A stretch of DNA of 64,000 nucleotides from a virus. Taxonomy: Duplodnaviria; Heunggongvirae; Uroviricota; Caudoviricetes; Straboviridae. Below are positions 40,999 through 49,876 of this stretch, piece after piece. Where the stretch lies: the IMG/VR virus record IMGVR_UViG_638275431_000001, positions 83,196 to 147,195 of that record; one strand, written 5' to 3'. A program made the position numbers and the translations under genes. The notes under the pieces were generated by a model. The model was not told the DNA's origin. It saw only the letters and a program-made list of their open reading frames with translations, and ran no database searches. Each line of letters begins with the position of its first letter. Position 1 is the first letter of the stretch.

Positions 40999-41312
40999 TG
41001 AATTACCTCATAACGAGAATTGCGAGTGAAAACGATGGTACGTTCTTCGAACTCGCCACAAGTATGGATTACCATATCTACGGTAGAAGTGCGAATCACT
41101 TTACCATCCGCAAAATCCGGATGACCGGTGACAAAGCCGATAAGAAGTGGATAATAACCAAACAACTGCTCGTTTTTGTCAACTTTGATGACGGCTTTGA
41201 CATCGTCAAACCATTCAGGGTCGATTCCAAGAACAGCAGCTTCCGCGACGCTATTAACTTCAAAGAATTTGATTTCAAACTCTTTGGCGTTAGGAGATAC
41301 TTCAACGATCAT
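40995..41312 (-). CDS. Hypothetical protein (105 aa)
   Basis: RBS GAGG; tightly packed in the operon. Confidence 0.7.
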   Translation of the reverse strand: MIVEVSPNAKEFEIKFFEVNSVAEAAVLGIDPEWFDDVKAVIKVDKNEQLFGYYPLLIGFVTGHPDFADGKVIRTSTVDMVIHTCGEFEERTIVFTRNSRYEVIQ

Positions 41313-41322
41313 AATAAATTCC

Positions 41323-41841
41323 TCAATTTTGGTTGCTTGTGGTGTAAATTTTCTTGATAATGTTGAGAGGCTGTTCGTTTTTAACTACTTCTACTCCAGA
41401 CTTAATGAGTATGTCATCCCAGCCAGACGGGTTGCGATCATATAACTCATTGTAGACGACTCGTTTAATCCCCGACTGGGCTATGGCTTTTGCGCAATCT
41501 GGACAAGGAGAAACAGTAACGTGCATTTCAGCACCATCAATACTTTGTCCGGTTTTCGCAGCATACAGAATGGCGTTCAATTCTGCATGAATTTCATTTG
41601 CTTTTGACCATTCACTGTGGGCTTGCCGATACATTCCTCGCAACCTTACCGTAAGATCAAGCCAACCACTTTTCTTCGCATGGTCATCACAATTGGCATG
41701 GTTGCAACCAGCTGGAGTTCCGTTATAACCGGTCGAAATAATTCGACCATCTTTCGAAATGATAGCACCTACTTTCCACGAAACACAGTGAGATTCTTGT
41801 GCAACGATATAGGCATGCTGTAATACACTTGTATCTTTCAT
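41323..41841 (-). CDS. cd: dCMP deaminase
   Basis: SHCVSWKVGAII, TGYNGTP, HAELNAI, SPCPDCAKAIAQSGIK. Confidence 0.96.
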   Translation of the reverse strand: MKDTSVLQHAYIVAQESHCVSWKVGAIISKDGRIISTGYNGTPAGCNHANCDDHAKKSGWLDLTVRLRGMYRQAHSEWSKANEIHAELNAILYAAKTGQSIDGAEMHVTVSPCPDCAKAIAQSGIKRVVYNELYDRNPSGWDDILIKSGVEVVKNEQPLNIIKKIYTTSNQN

Positions 41842-42080
41842 GCGATTACCCGAGAGCAACTGATGATAAACTTCGGCACAGGAGGTTGGGCCAGCGAAAT
41901 TGCAAACAAATAATTGTCACGTCCACCTGCACCATTGGCGACGATCAACTCAAATTCGTTGATGCTTATTTGAGTTATTGAAACCATCGCATTTTTGTCG
42001 CGAGCTTTAACTTTGTTCTGGAATTCGCTGCAACGCTTTTCCAACTCTGCTAGTGCAGCTTCGTAGGTGTCAAAAAACAT
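41838..42080 (-). CDS. Hypothetical early protein (80 aa)
   Basis: RBS GGAG, own early promoter, ATGA coupling to cd. Confidence 0.7.
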   Translation of the reverse strand: MFFDTYEAALAELEKRCSEFQNKVKARDKNAMVSITQISINEFELIVANGAGGRDNYLFAISLAQPPVPKFIISCSRVIA

Positions 42081-42108
42081 TTTGTTACTCCGTTTTGGTC
42101 ATGTGACT

Positions 42109-42137
42109 ATATTATCACACTAAACCGACATGTACAC
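42109..42137 (-). promoter_or_regulatory. Early promoter (GTGTACA-N16-TAATAT)
   Basis: Recurrent motif with upstream AAAAGTA. Confidence 0.68.
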
Positions 42138-42157
42138 TACTTTTATTGATTTCTTAC

Positions 42158-42183
42158 AAAAATGCCCTCCGAAGAGGGCATTT
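42158..42183 (-). terminator. Intrinsic terminator after pseT
   Basis: Minus strand aaatgccctc-ttcg-gagggcattttt. Confidence 0.85.
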
Positions 42184-42186
42184 GAA

Positions 42187-43086
42187 TCAGAAATCACCAG
42201 GTTGAACTTGCCAGCATTCCAGTCCGATACGACGCCACATATCAACAACCTTTTGACGGTCATCGATTGCGCGCATAGCACACCAATTGGGCTCGATCTG
42301 TTGCCAGAAAATTTCTTCTTTTACGATATCGTCGGAGCGAGAATCGCCTGCGGCACGCTGGTAATGAGCCGCAGGGAAAAGACCAGCGTTATTCAGAGCC
42401 TTGATAGAATCTTCTTCAGAAACACCGTCGCGGCCAGAAACGGTAATGCAAGCATAACCACGATCGACGTACATTTTGAAAAGTTCTACGACAGAGTCAC
42501 GAGGAGTGTCATCCAGAACTTTTGACCAATCAAAGGCATGCCGTTGACTGTTATCAAACAAGGTTCCATCCAAGTCAAAAATGATTGCCCGAGGTTTTGC
42601 AAAGTCAGGAGTATAAACCCGTTGGCCTCCAAAATCAACCATATATTGGTCGTATTGACGCTTCACAACGAATTCAGGCAAAGCCCGATCACCCTTGTAG
42701 CGATTACGCTCCATGAGAGTAGACAGGAGACCAGGCGCAAAATATTTCAGCACAAACTCAACGTTATGAGTATCTGCGAAATTTTTCCAAGTTCCTTGAG
42801 TCGTCTTATTCAGATTGGTGTCGGAAATAATGATAGTCTTGCTCATGGCAATAGCTTCGATCGCTGCTTTTTGGATAGCATTCGTTACCAGTTGCTCATT
42901 ATGCTTATTGAACTTGTAGTCAGACCAGGTCCGGCAGCCAAAAAGGCTAAAACGAAAATCATCACGATTCAAATTAACGTATTTCGTAGGGTTTGCCCGA
43001 ACTTGCTCATTTGCCCAGGTGCTTTTTCCGGAACAAGTAGGACCAACAGTCAAAATAAGTTGTTGAGATGCGAAACGTTCAGTCAT
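42187..43086 (-). CDS. pseT: Polynucleotide 5'-kinase / 3'-phosphatase
   Basis: P-loop GPTCSGKST, NRDDFR, DLDGT phosphatase motif, DDRQKVVDMWR. Confidence 0.96.
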   Translation of the reverse strand: MTERFASQQLILTVGPTCSGKSTWANEQVRANPTKYVNLNRDDFRFSLFGCRTWSDYKFNKHNEQLVTNAIQKAAIEAIAMSKTIIISDTNLNKTTQGTWKNFADTHNVEFVLKYFAPGLLSTLMERNRYKGDRALPEFVVKRQYDQYMVDFGGQRVYTPDFAKPRAIIFDLDGTLFDNSQRHAFDWSKVLDDTPRDSVVELFKMYVDRGYACITVSGRDGVSEEDSIKALNNAGLFPAAHYQRAAGDSRSDDIVKEEIFWQQIEPNWCAMRAIDDRQKVVDMWRRIGLECWQVQPGDF

Positions 43087-43318
43087 TAATTGTATCCTCA
43101 CATATTTGAATTATTTGTTTTTGATCTTTGACATATCTGTTGACATCAGTTAACCATACACCTAACTTATTGTAATCCTCAAAACTTAGTAAAGCTCCAT
43201 TTTCGGTTGCTTTCCATGTTATATCGAGTTTATGTATCGGCGATGGTTTTGGCAACATGGGCTTAGATGCACAGGATGTGATCAGGAGACATCCGAGTAG
43301 AATGATGATATACCTCAT
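43079..43318 (-). CDS. pseT.2: Outer-membrane spanin (o-spanin, Rz1-like)
   Basis: Lipoprotein signal with lipobox LITSC followed by a Pro-rich linker. Confidence 0.88.
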   Translation of the reverse strand: MRYIIILLGCLLITSCASKPMLPKPSPIHKLDITWKATENGALLSFEDYNKLGVWLTDVNRYVKDQKQIIQICEDTIND

Positions 43319-43632
43319 TTCGTACTCTCCTGAAGTTGATCAGCTAACTTCTGGAAGCCCATATTCATTCGTTTTTCTAATAATTGCGGTTTCTTTTCCG
43401 CAATTTTTTCCATTTGCTTCGTGGCTTTTGGAGACTTTAACAGCGCCTCAGTGACGGGTTTTGCATTCTCATACGACTTAGTTTGGAATGATTTCATCGA
43501 TTCCAAACTAGTTTTTAGCGTAGAGATTTCGTCATGTTGATTTTTCATCATAATGGCCATTAAGACCATTATGATGATGTATAGCGCATTACTTTTTAGC
43601 CAACTGAGCAGCGAACTCAAAGTTAACAACAT
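43315..43632 (-). CDS. pseT.3: Inner-membrane spanin (i-spanin, Rz-like)
   Basis: N-terminal TM segment, coiled coil, C-terminal KPQLLEKRMNMGFQKLADQLQEST; adjacent to the o-spanin. Confidence 0.85.
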   Translation of the reverse strand: MLLTLSSLLSWLKSNALYIIIMVLMAIMMKNQHDEISTLKTSLESMKSFQTKSYENAKPVTEALLKSPKATKQMEKIAEKKPQLLEKRMNMGFQKLADQLQESTK

Positions 43633-44132
43633 TTTCGCAGAATCCTTTGACAAGAGCGATGCCTTCGCTGCGTGTCAAACCATCAATCAAGATGCTTTTT
43701 CCGCCTTGACGAATATCAAGTTTGGCATGTTTTGGGAAAACATACTTCATGCGGCATGCATCTTTATGAGTGATGTTTACACGAATTTTGTCGGTCAGTG
43801 GAGACAAGATAAAGTAGAACTTAGCTCCCATGAAATTGACATTCGGCATCGTTTCGTTAATAAACACCTTTGCGGGTGTGCCTGCAAAAACATTTTTCAA
43901 CTCGTTCACAACCTCATTGACCATTGGACCAATGTTAGTTTTAGCTTGTTGATAGTATTCCCGAGAGTACGATTTGGATTTTTCTTTCTTTTCGGCTGCA
44001 GAATGAGCAGCTTTGCGCAAATCGGTAATATATCCTACAACTTTACCGCTTTTGTCGAAAATTTGAATTCCATCCGAACTGCCGCCCGAGAGCGTACATA
44101 TTGATGAGAATTTCGACAGTGTAATGATTCAT
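43589..44132 (-). CDS. alc: Alc, inhibitor of transcription of cytosine-containing DNA (one-base frameshift at ~44086)
   Basis: KVFINETMPNVNF...ILSPLT matches Alc. Removing one base joins MNHYTVEILINMY to LGGSSDGIQIFDKSGKVVGYITDL (T4 YGDTTDGISVFKG...GYITGL). Confidence 0.85.
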
Positions 44133-44161
44133 TTGATTAACTCCATGTTGATTATGGATTT

Positions 44162-44191
44162 ATTCTAACCATTACACTGCCAAATGTACAC
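44162..44191 (-). promoter_or_regulatory. Early promoter for alc (GTGTACA-N17-TAGAAT)
   Basis: Recurrent motif; RBS GGAG downstream. Confidence 0.75.
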
Positions 44192-44208
44192 AGTTTTTGC
44201 AACTTTAT

Positions 44209-45360
44209 TTAACTGTATGCCATTGGAACGTATTTCGCGTATTCTTTGATAATGTGCTCTTCGATTTTCTCGACAGCGAGTTCGCCGTCCCAATCACGGC
44301 CGTATTGTTGCATAACTATGCTAAAAAGATACCGACAGTCTTTCATTCGCGCTTGCGCTTCGATAGCAAAACTTCGACGGTCAAAACCTCGCAAATCGTA
44401 AAATACGTCTGAACAGATTTTGTGGTATTTAGCAACGGTGTCAATATATGCGGATTCAAAAGCCTCGATTTTTGCCAAAGCGGCATTATCGTCGGAAAAC
44501 ATTCCACGAAGATCGTCGGAAGCACGTTCTTTGATGGATTGGAACAATGCCTTATTGTTATTGATCGAGTCTTTGGTACGGTGCAGAGAGGAGTACCAGT
44601 CGGTCTTCAGCTTGAACAGCTGACCATCTGGCATAATACCGATAACTCCTTCAATATCGGTCTCGGCACGAGTCGCAGCTTCCCATTCATCAGGAGTAAC
44701 TTTACTCCAATCCGGGCAAGGATAAACCCCGATCATGCGATGACGAATCAACGGGTCATCCAGTAGAGTAGAAAATTCTACATATTGACCTGTTTCATTG
44801 TGACGCACGTTGAGAACAATCAATTCTTCTTCCTCGTATGGGAGGACAATTCGATTGCTTGGCCCGATATATTCCATATTGAAAGTAAAATCGGAACCGG
44901 CTTGTACAATTGCATCGCGCAATTTTTCATAAGCAGGCGAATTCAACATCACCATTGCTTTATTGGCTTGATCGGAGAAAACCGCAGCTTTAGATTTCAG
45001 ATAAACGTAGCCTCGATCATGATAACTGCTAATCAGCGACCCATCCGCTTTTTCCATCAAACCGATCATCTTAGTTAAATCGAGCCCAATGGTCATGGGG
45101 TTTTCTTTCAGATTGAAGAACTTCTGCATTGGGCGAGCCATGATTCGAACTGGCTCGTTTTTATCATTTAGCTCAAACATAATGCCTCGACATTCCAAAG
45201 CATCATCTTGCAGCCAATCGGTATATGAAGCGATAAAATAGCTGAAAATTCGAGCTTTTGTCCCCATACTCGTAATGACGTCCTTGAAGTAGAAATTGCC
45301 TTTTTCGGATTTTTCTACAACAGACATCAAGTTATTAAAAAGTTCAATTGTTCTGCTCAT
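44209..45360 (-). CDS. rnlA: RNA ligase 1 and tail fibre attachment catalyst
   Basis: ALECRGIMFE, RPMQKFFNL, motif I EKADGSL, FNMEY, EGVI, FKLKTDWY. Confidence 0.96.
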   Translation of the reverse strand: MSRTIELFNNLMSVVEKSEKGNFYFKDVITSMGTKARIFSYFIASYTDWLQDDALECRGIMFELNDKNEPVRIMARPMQKFFNLKENPMTIGLDLTKMIGLMEKADGSLISSYHDRGYVYLKSKAAVFSDQANKAMVMLNSPAYEKLRDAIVQAGSDFTFNMEYIGPSNRIVLPYEEEELIVLNVRHNETGQYVEFSTLLDDPLIRHRMIGVYPCPDWSKVTPDEWEAATRAETDIEGVIGIMPDGQLFKLKTDWYSSLHRTKDSINNNKALFQSIKERASDDLRGMFSDDNAALAKIEAFESAYIDTVAKYHKICSDVFYDLRGFDRRSFAIEAQARMKDCRYLFSIVMQQYGRDWDGELAVEKIEEHIIKEYAKYVPMAYS

Positions 45361-45773
45361 AATTTAACCTTCAGTTTTGAATTTAGGACAGGATTAAAAA
45401 TCCCGATAAATTTTTTCTCTTCTGCATCGAGGTCAGCTATAACGTTTGACCCGGCCGGAGTGGTTATAACGATTTTGAAGCAATGCTTTATCCAAACACA
45501 AACTCTCTTACCTGAGTTTACTGCTTCTTCCAGAAACTTGGATTTTTGGATATGCGACTTGTTCGTATTTTTCCAATACTTGCCATTAGCATATGAGTCC
45601 ATTCGTTTGTGCAAATTCTTTGTTTGACCAATATACACAACTTCATCATCAATCGTAAACAAATAAATGATGTGTTTTAGTGATGGGTCTTTAGCAAAAT
45701 CTCTGGATATGCGTCCGTTTTTACCTATGGTCAATTCTGCTATCTGAATGAATCCGTGTTCTTTTAATGTCAT
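45357..45773 (-). CDS. denA: Endonuclease II (GIY-YIG)
   Basis: IIYLFTIDDEVVYIGQTKNLHKRMDSY...EEKKFIGIFNPVLN. Confidence 0.92.
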   Translation of the reverse strand: MTLKEHGFIQIAELTIGKNGRISRDFAKDPSLKHIIYLFTIDDEVVYIGQTKNLHKRMDSYANGKYWKNTNKSHIQKSKFLEEAVNSGKRVCVWIKHCFKIVITTPAGSNVIADLDAEEKKFIGIFNPVLNSKLKVKL

Positions 45774-46072
45774 ATGAAATCATCTACGTTTGGCACATCC
45801 TTAAACATGCGATTAACTAGATCAGCAAGAATATCTCCATGGCATGGCAATGGTTTGCAACCACACCCCAATTTCTTGCCTCGTAGTGATTCTAAATCGG
45901 CAAGAGTAATAACCCCAGTTTTTATTTGGTGTTTTAAATGCTTTTTGTAATTGTCAAGATAATCCTGCCGTTTCCAATGGGGTTCTCCGTATGGATTACC
46001 CCATATAGTGCCTCGCTGTATACGAACGTCACATCTTTCATGCTTGACGTTTACAACGGTGCATATAGTCAT
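45770..46072 (-). CDS. DUF4326-family protein
   Basis: VVNVKHERCDVRIQRGTIWGNPY...LRGKKLGCGCKPLPCHGDIL. Confidence 0.85.
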   Translation of the reverse strand: MTICTVVNVKHERCDVRIQRGTIWGNPYGEPHWKRQDYLDNYKKHLKHQIKTGVITLADLESLRGKKLGCGCKPLPCHGDILADLVNRMFKDVPNVDDFI

Positions 46073-46912
46073 TTACACAGCCATCGGCAGTTTAATTGTT
46101 GGGTGTGGGTCATACCCGTCCAGGCGGAAATCGGCTGCTTCCAGTAAACGCAGATCGCTCAAACTGCCGATATCAGGGAAACTCAGCGTAGGCAAAGGGC
46201 GTTCTTCACGAGAAAGCATACCACCGAGATGACTCAGGTGATTTTCGTAAATGTGGACATCTGCGCCAGAGAATACCAATTCGCCAACTTCCAAATTGCA
46301 AATTCGAGCTACAATATGAACAAGAAGCGCATAGGACGCAATATTGAATGGCAGACCAAGACCGACATCGACGGAACGTTGGCTCCACATCAAACTGAGT
46401 TTGCCTTCATATACTTCAAACTGGAATGCATAGTGGCATGGAGGCAAAGCCATTTTTTCGATATCTTCAGGATTCCATGCAACAACCAAAAGACGACGAC
46501 TGTCGGGGTTTGCTTTGATTTGATCGATCACATTTTGCAGTTGATCGACCGGGTTTTTATTACCGAACATACGCCATTGCTTGCCATAAACGGGACCAAG
46601 ATATCCGTCGGAATACCCAAGGTCAACTGCTTGCTTGTTATAGTTATCATCCCAGATGGTTTTACGATCAGAGTTTTCGCCATAGGTCAATTTGCGCAGA
46701 TGTTCGACATTGGTTGAACCTTGCATAAACCACAGCAATTCACCCACAACTGGAACAAATGCTAGACGTTTGCGTGTGGTGGCCGGGAAGCCTTTGCTGA
46801 GGTCAAAGCGAAGCATTCGACCGAATACCGAACGGGTGCCTACTCCAGTACGATCAGTCTTCTTTCGCCCATTGGTGATAATGTCGCATACTAAATCGGT
46901 GTATTGAATCAT
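46073..46912 (-). CDS. td: Thymidylate synthase (ThyA type, intronless)
   Basis: DRTGVGT, GPVYGKQWR, ALPPCH, QRSVDVGLGLPFNIASY, HIYENH. Confidence 0.97.
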   Translation of the reverse strand: MIQYTDLVCDIITNGRKKTDRTGVGTRSVFGRMLRFDLSKGFPATTRKRLAFVPVVGELLWFMQGSTNVEHLRKLTYGENSDRKTIWDDNYNKQAVDLGYSDGYLGPVYGKQWRMFGNKNPVDQLQNVIDQIKANPDSRRLLVVAWNPEDIEKMALPPCHYAFQFEVYEGKLSLMWSQRSVDVGLGLPFNIASYALLVHIVARICNLEVGELVFSGADVHIYENHLSHLGGMLSREERPLPTLSFPDIGSLSDLRLLEAADFRLDGYDPHPTIKLPMAV

Positions 46913-47460
46913 TTCCAAATTCCTGCTTTAATGTTGGTGCAATGTTCATGATCAACATGATATACGATAGTATTCATTTTCCGTTTACCAAGGAAAACTC
47001 CTAGTGCGGTATCAGTGATATAAACTGTTGGGTCAATTGTATCATAGTCAGAAGTAAGCATAAGAAAATTGATATGGAGTTCATCACACTTGTTGGCGAC
47101 TGACAGTATCAGGCCAAGGCCACCGATAATCGATATATCATTTTCTGGATATAGTTCTTTTACCACAGAAATCCAGTCAATATCGATATTGATGAAATTG
47201 TCAGGAAGTTCACCTGATTTGTTCCGGCACTCACGCTTAGGATCGCCAATAACAACCATTACCCTTCCTGGAAGATTCTTTGGGAGCGACTGGAATGTTT
47301 TTGCACCCATAACACAGATAGTCCCATCGGTTTTTTCCCTGAAAAGTTTAAAGTCTTCGGGAATCGACCGCCATGGTAAATCGCCGTCTTTACCAAATAC
47401 AAAAACTCCGTGCTTATGAAAATCCGACGGTACACCTAAAGCAAATACGGCTTTAATCAT
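46909..47460 (-). CDS. frd: Dihydrofolate reductase
   Basis: FGKDGDLPWRSIPEDFKLF, VMGAKTFQSLP...LPGR, IIGG. Confidence 0.93.
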   Translation of the reverse strand: MIKAVFALGVPSDFHKHGVFVFGKDGDLPWRSIPEDFKLFREKTDGTICVMGAKTFQSLPKNLPGRVMVVIGDPKRECRNKSGELPDNFINIDIDWISVVKELYPENDISIIGGLGLILSVANKCDELHINFLMLTSDYDTIDPTVYITDTALGVFLGKRKMNTIVYHVDHEHCTNIKAGIWK

Positions 47461-47588
47461 ACTGGACCTCCGTGGTGGATTTGGTTAATTGACTTGATAT
47501 CTGCTTTCATCTCTTCAAGAGAAAAGGGGCATTTCAGCCCCAGCGTATTAGACATAGAATTCTCAATAGCAGTTGCAATAATCTTCAT
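47457..47588 (-). CDS. Small hypothetical protein (43 aa; may be the 3' part of a frameshifted gene starting at 47643)
   Basis: Manual translation MKIIATAIENSMSNTLGLKCPFSLEEMKADIK...; ATGA-coupled to frd. Confidence 0.4.
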   Translation of the reverse strand: MKIIATAIENSMSNTLGLKCPFSLEEMKADIKSINQIHHGGPV

Positions 47589-47644
47589 TTATCCAGCATT
47601 TCGGACACAAGACTTGCAAAGGTTGTAATTTCTTAATTTTCATG

Positions 47645-48736
47645 TTAATCCTCACATTTCAGCAAGAATTTATTGTTGATTGCTTTGAAATGAATCATCT
47701 GGCCATTTACAAGGTCAACAGACTTATAAACGACACCTTCAGCAATCTTGTGGTTGATGGACGGAATATCTGCATCAGCCAACATTTCTTTGACAGTTTC
47801 AAATTGTTCAAACGGCTTGCAACGACCAAGCTGCGGTACCATTTCCATGCCGAGAGCACGGCACAGGTCGTGGAACTCTTCATCGGTAGCAAAACGTTGC
47901 TCTTCGATAAACCAGGCACGGAATGCGAAAATCCGGTACTTGTCGAAGTTTTCACGGTTTTTCTGGATACCAGGACCCATCAGTTCACCCTGAATTGCGA
48001 CAGATTTGCCCATCTTCTTCAGTTGTTCGATGATTTGGTAGTTTTCAACACCCATCCACCACTTGCTTTCAGGGTTATAGCGGAGAACCTGATTACGAGA
48101 AGCTAGGATAAATTGGGCGTCGTCGTAATCGTGAGCATATGGTTCATCTTCGGTGCCAAGTTCGAGGAACAGGTCAGGATCTGTTACCCATGCCATGGTG
48201 ATAGAACTACCATCCAGCTTCAGAGACTTTTGGAATACAACATCTTTGTAACAAGCACTGTATTTGGTGAAAATGTTTTGGCAGCGTTCTTCATCAGTTT
48301 TCGGAATGAAAACAGGGAAAGTACCGGCCGGGTTACAGCCAGAACCGTCTTGAGCCGGCTCATATTTGATAATACCGAGAATTTGGTCAAGACTTTGGTC
48401 CAGCAGTTCTCCGATGGTAAATGCGTTAATCGGCAAAGCAATACCTTGGGACAGTTGGCCGCGAAGTTTAATGGTCTTCACTCGAGCTCGCATTTTGCCT
48501 TCGTACATCCTGGCACGGGATTCCAAGAATTTGAAAGCAGGATTATCCATCGGCAGCATGGAATCAATTTCAAAATATACGCAATCATCACCAATTGTGA
48601 ATTCGCCTTTCTTCACAACTACTTCCCAGCCGTCGATGGTTGCGCATTCGATGGCATCAGCACCCGGGATCGGCTGAAGATCGGCAATTTTGCGAATAGA
48701 AGCCAGCTGACGTTCATTATTAATAATCATAATCAT
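47645..48736 (-). CDS. RNA ligase, DRB0094/Rnl5 family (N-terminal OB-like domain)
   Basis: RQLASIRKIADLQPIPGADAIECATIDGWEVVVKKGEF, CVYFEIDS, KTDEERCQN, motif I KLDGSS, QGELMGPGIQKN, EGVVYK, FKAINNKFLLK. Confidence 0.88.
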   Translation of the reverse strand: MIMIINNERQLASIRKIADLQPIPGADAIECATIDGWEVVVKKGEFTIGDDCVYFEIDSMLPMDNPAFKFLESRARMYEGKMRARVKTIKLRGQLSQGIALPINAFTIGELLDQSLDQILGIIKYEPAQDGSGCNPAGTFPVFIPKTDEERCQNIFTKYSACYKDVVFQKSLKLDGSSITMAWVTDPDLFLELGTEDEPYAHDYDDAQFILASRNQVLRYNPESKWWMGVENYQIIEQLKKMGKSVAIQGELMGPGIQKNRENFDKYRIFAFRAWFIEEQRFATDEEFHDLCRALGMEMVPQLGRCKPFEQFETVKEMLADADIPSINHKIAEGVVYKSVDLVNGQMIHFKAINNKFLLKCED

Positions 48737-48826
48737 TCCTTACTTAGTGAAACATTATAAGCCGGAGATTGTTTTATTTTTTGTGAGGTCATTTTATCAT
48801 GACCTCACTGGTTGCGAACTTATTCT

Positions 48827-49240
48827 TCAGTCTTTTTTGCTCATGTCTTCAAATTCAAGACGCGGGCAAATTTTAGACTTTTTGTTCTTGACAAAGGTGA
48901 TAATCAACGGTTCTTCTTTGTACGGTGGCTTGAAATTTTCTTTGGCCCAAACAAATCCGACTATTGCCGCGACAACCAACGCAACGACAGAAGTGACGGT
49001 GACAGTACCTACTACAGCAGCAAGGCTCCAGTACAATACCATATTATCGAGGGCAAAGCCAATTCCTTCGAAGATTCTGGCACCAATAGATGTGAAAAAA
49101 GCAATGAGCAGTAAAATCGAGCCGGTGATCCATGCGATCGTAAACACGACTTTCCAGAAATACGGGCATAAAGAATTCGGGATATTTGTGTTGAGAGAAT
49201 TCAGAAAACGATAGTGCCAAGATTTAGTGTTAATTTTCAT
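48827..49240 (-). CDS. Hypothetical membrane protein (two TM segments)
   Basis: Two hydrophobic stretches; C-terminal KSKICPRLEF; RBS AAGGA. Confidence 0.75.
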   Translation of the reverse strand: MKINTKSWHYRFLNSLNTNIPNSLCPYFWKVVFTIAWITGSILLLIAFFTSIGARIFEGIGFALDNMVLYWSLAAVVGTVTVTSVVALVVAAIVGFVWAKENFKPPYKEEPLIITFVKNKKSKICPRLEFEDMSKKD

Positions 49241-49268
49241 AATATTTCCTTTTGAACGATGTTTTGAG

Positions 49269-49511
49269 TTAAATCACTTCGATGTCAAAATATTGACGCT
49301 CTGACATAAAAATCGCGGGAGTCCAGTATCCCTCGAGCTCAAATTCTTCACCATCTTCGAGAATGACAATATCACCATTCTCTTTATTGACAGCAGTCAG
49401 CTCATAATGCTGCATATATTCAGCAATTGCGCTATTAGCTGCAGAGGAAGCTGCAAATTTAGCGCGATCTTCAGGAGATTTGAATTTGATGAAAACTTTG
49501 TTAGATGACAT
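49269..49511 (-). CDS. Hypothetical protein (80 aa)
   Basis: RBS AAGGA; packed in the operon. Confidence 0.7.
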   Translation of the reverse strand: MSSNKVFIKFKSPEDRAKFAASSAANSAIAEYMQHYELTAVNKENGDIVILEDGEEFELEGYWTPAIFMSERQYFDIEVI

Positions 49512-49522
49512 TTTAATTTTCC

Positions 49523-49760
49523 TTAGAGTTCGAATCTGATATTGCTGGGGAATTTGACACCATTTACTTCTTCGTAACTTGGCTTTGAAGTCTAAAAACC
49601 CAACCGCCCGCAGGCTTAGTATTGACCAATTCCGAAAAATTCATTCTGGACCACGGAATGCGTTGACCGTCTTTTACCCACGGCTTTCGTGCAAAGCGAG
49701 AATTTCTTGTGGCAAATCTGAACCTTTGGTACCGATAGGATAATCGAGAATGTCTTTCAT
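49523..49760 (-). pseudogene. Frameshifted small early gene (MKDILDYPIG...YEEVNGVKFPSNIRFEL*)
   Basis: Strong RBS AAGGAG and early promoter, but the reading frame breaks several times at homopolymer runs. Confidence 0.4.
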
Positions 49761-49792
49761 TTTTATTACTCCTTGGTGGATTTGATGGAGAC

Positions 49793-49821
49793 ATTCTACA
49801 CTGTAGGGCATAGTTGTACAC
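49793..49821 (-). promoter_or_regulatory. Early promoter (GTGTACA-N16-TAGAAT)
   Basis: Recurrent motif with AAAAAGTA upstream, after the gp32 terminator. Confidence 0.75.
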
Positions 49822-49844
49822 TACTTTTTGAAAGATTTTGATGC

Positions 49845-49871
49845 AAAAAAAGGAACCCGAAGGTTCCTTTT
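49845..49871 (-). terminator. Intrinsic terminator after gp32
   Basis: Minus strand aaaggaacc-ttcg-ggttcc-ttttttt. Confidence 0.85.
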
Positions 49872-49876
49872 CTATA

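Noticed and set aside
46073-46912. Group I intron in td
   Set aside because: The reading frame is continuous through QRSVDV, the T4 insertion site region.
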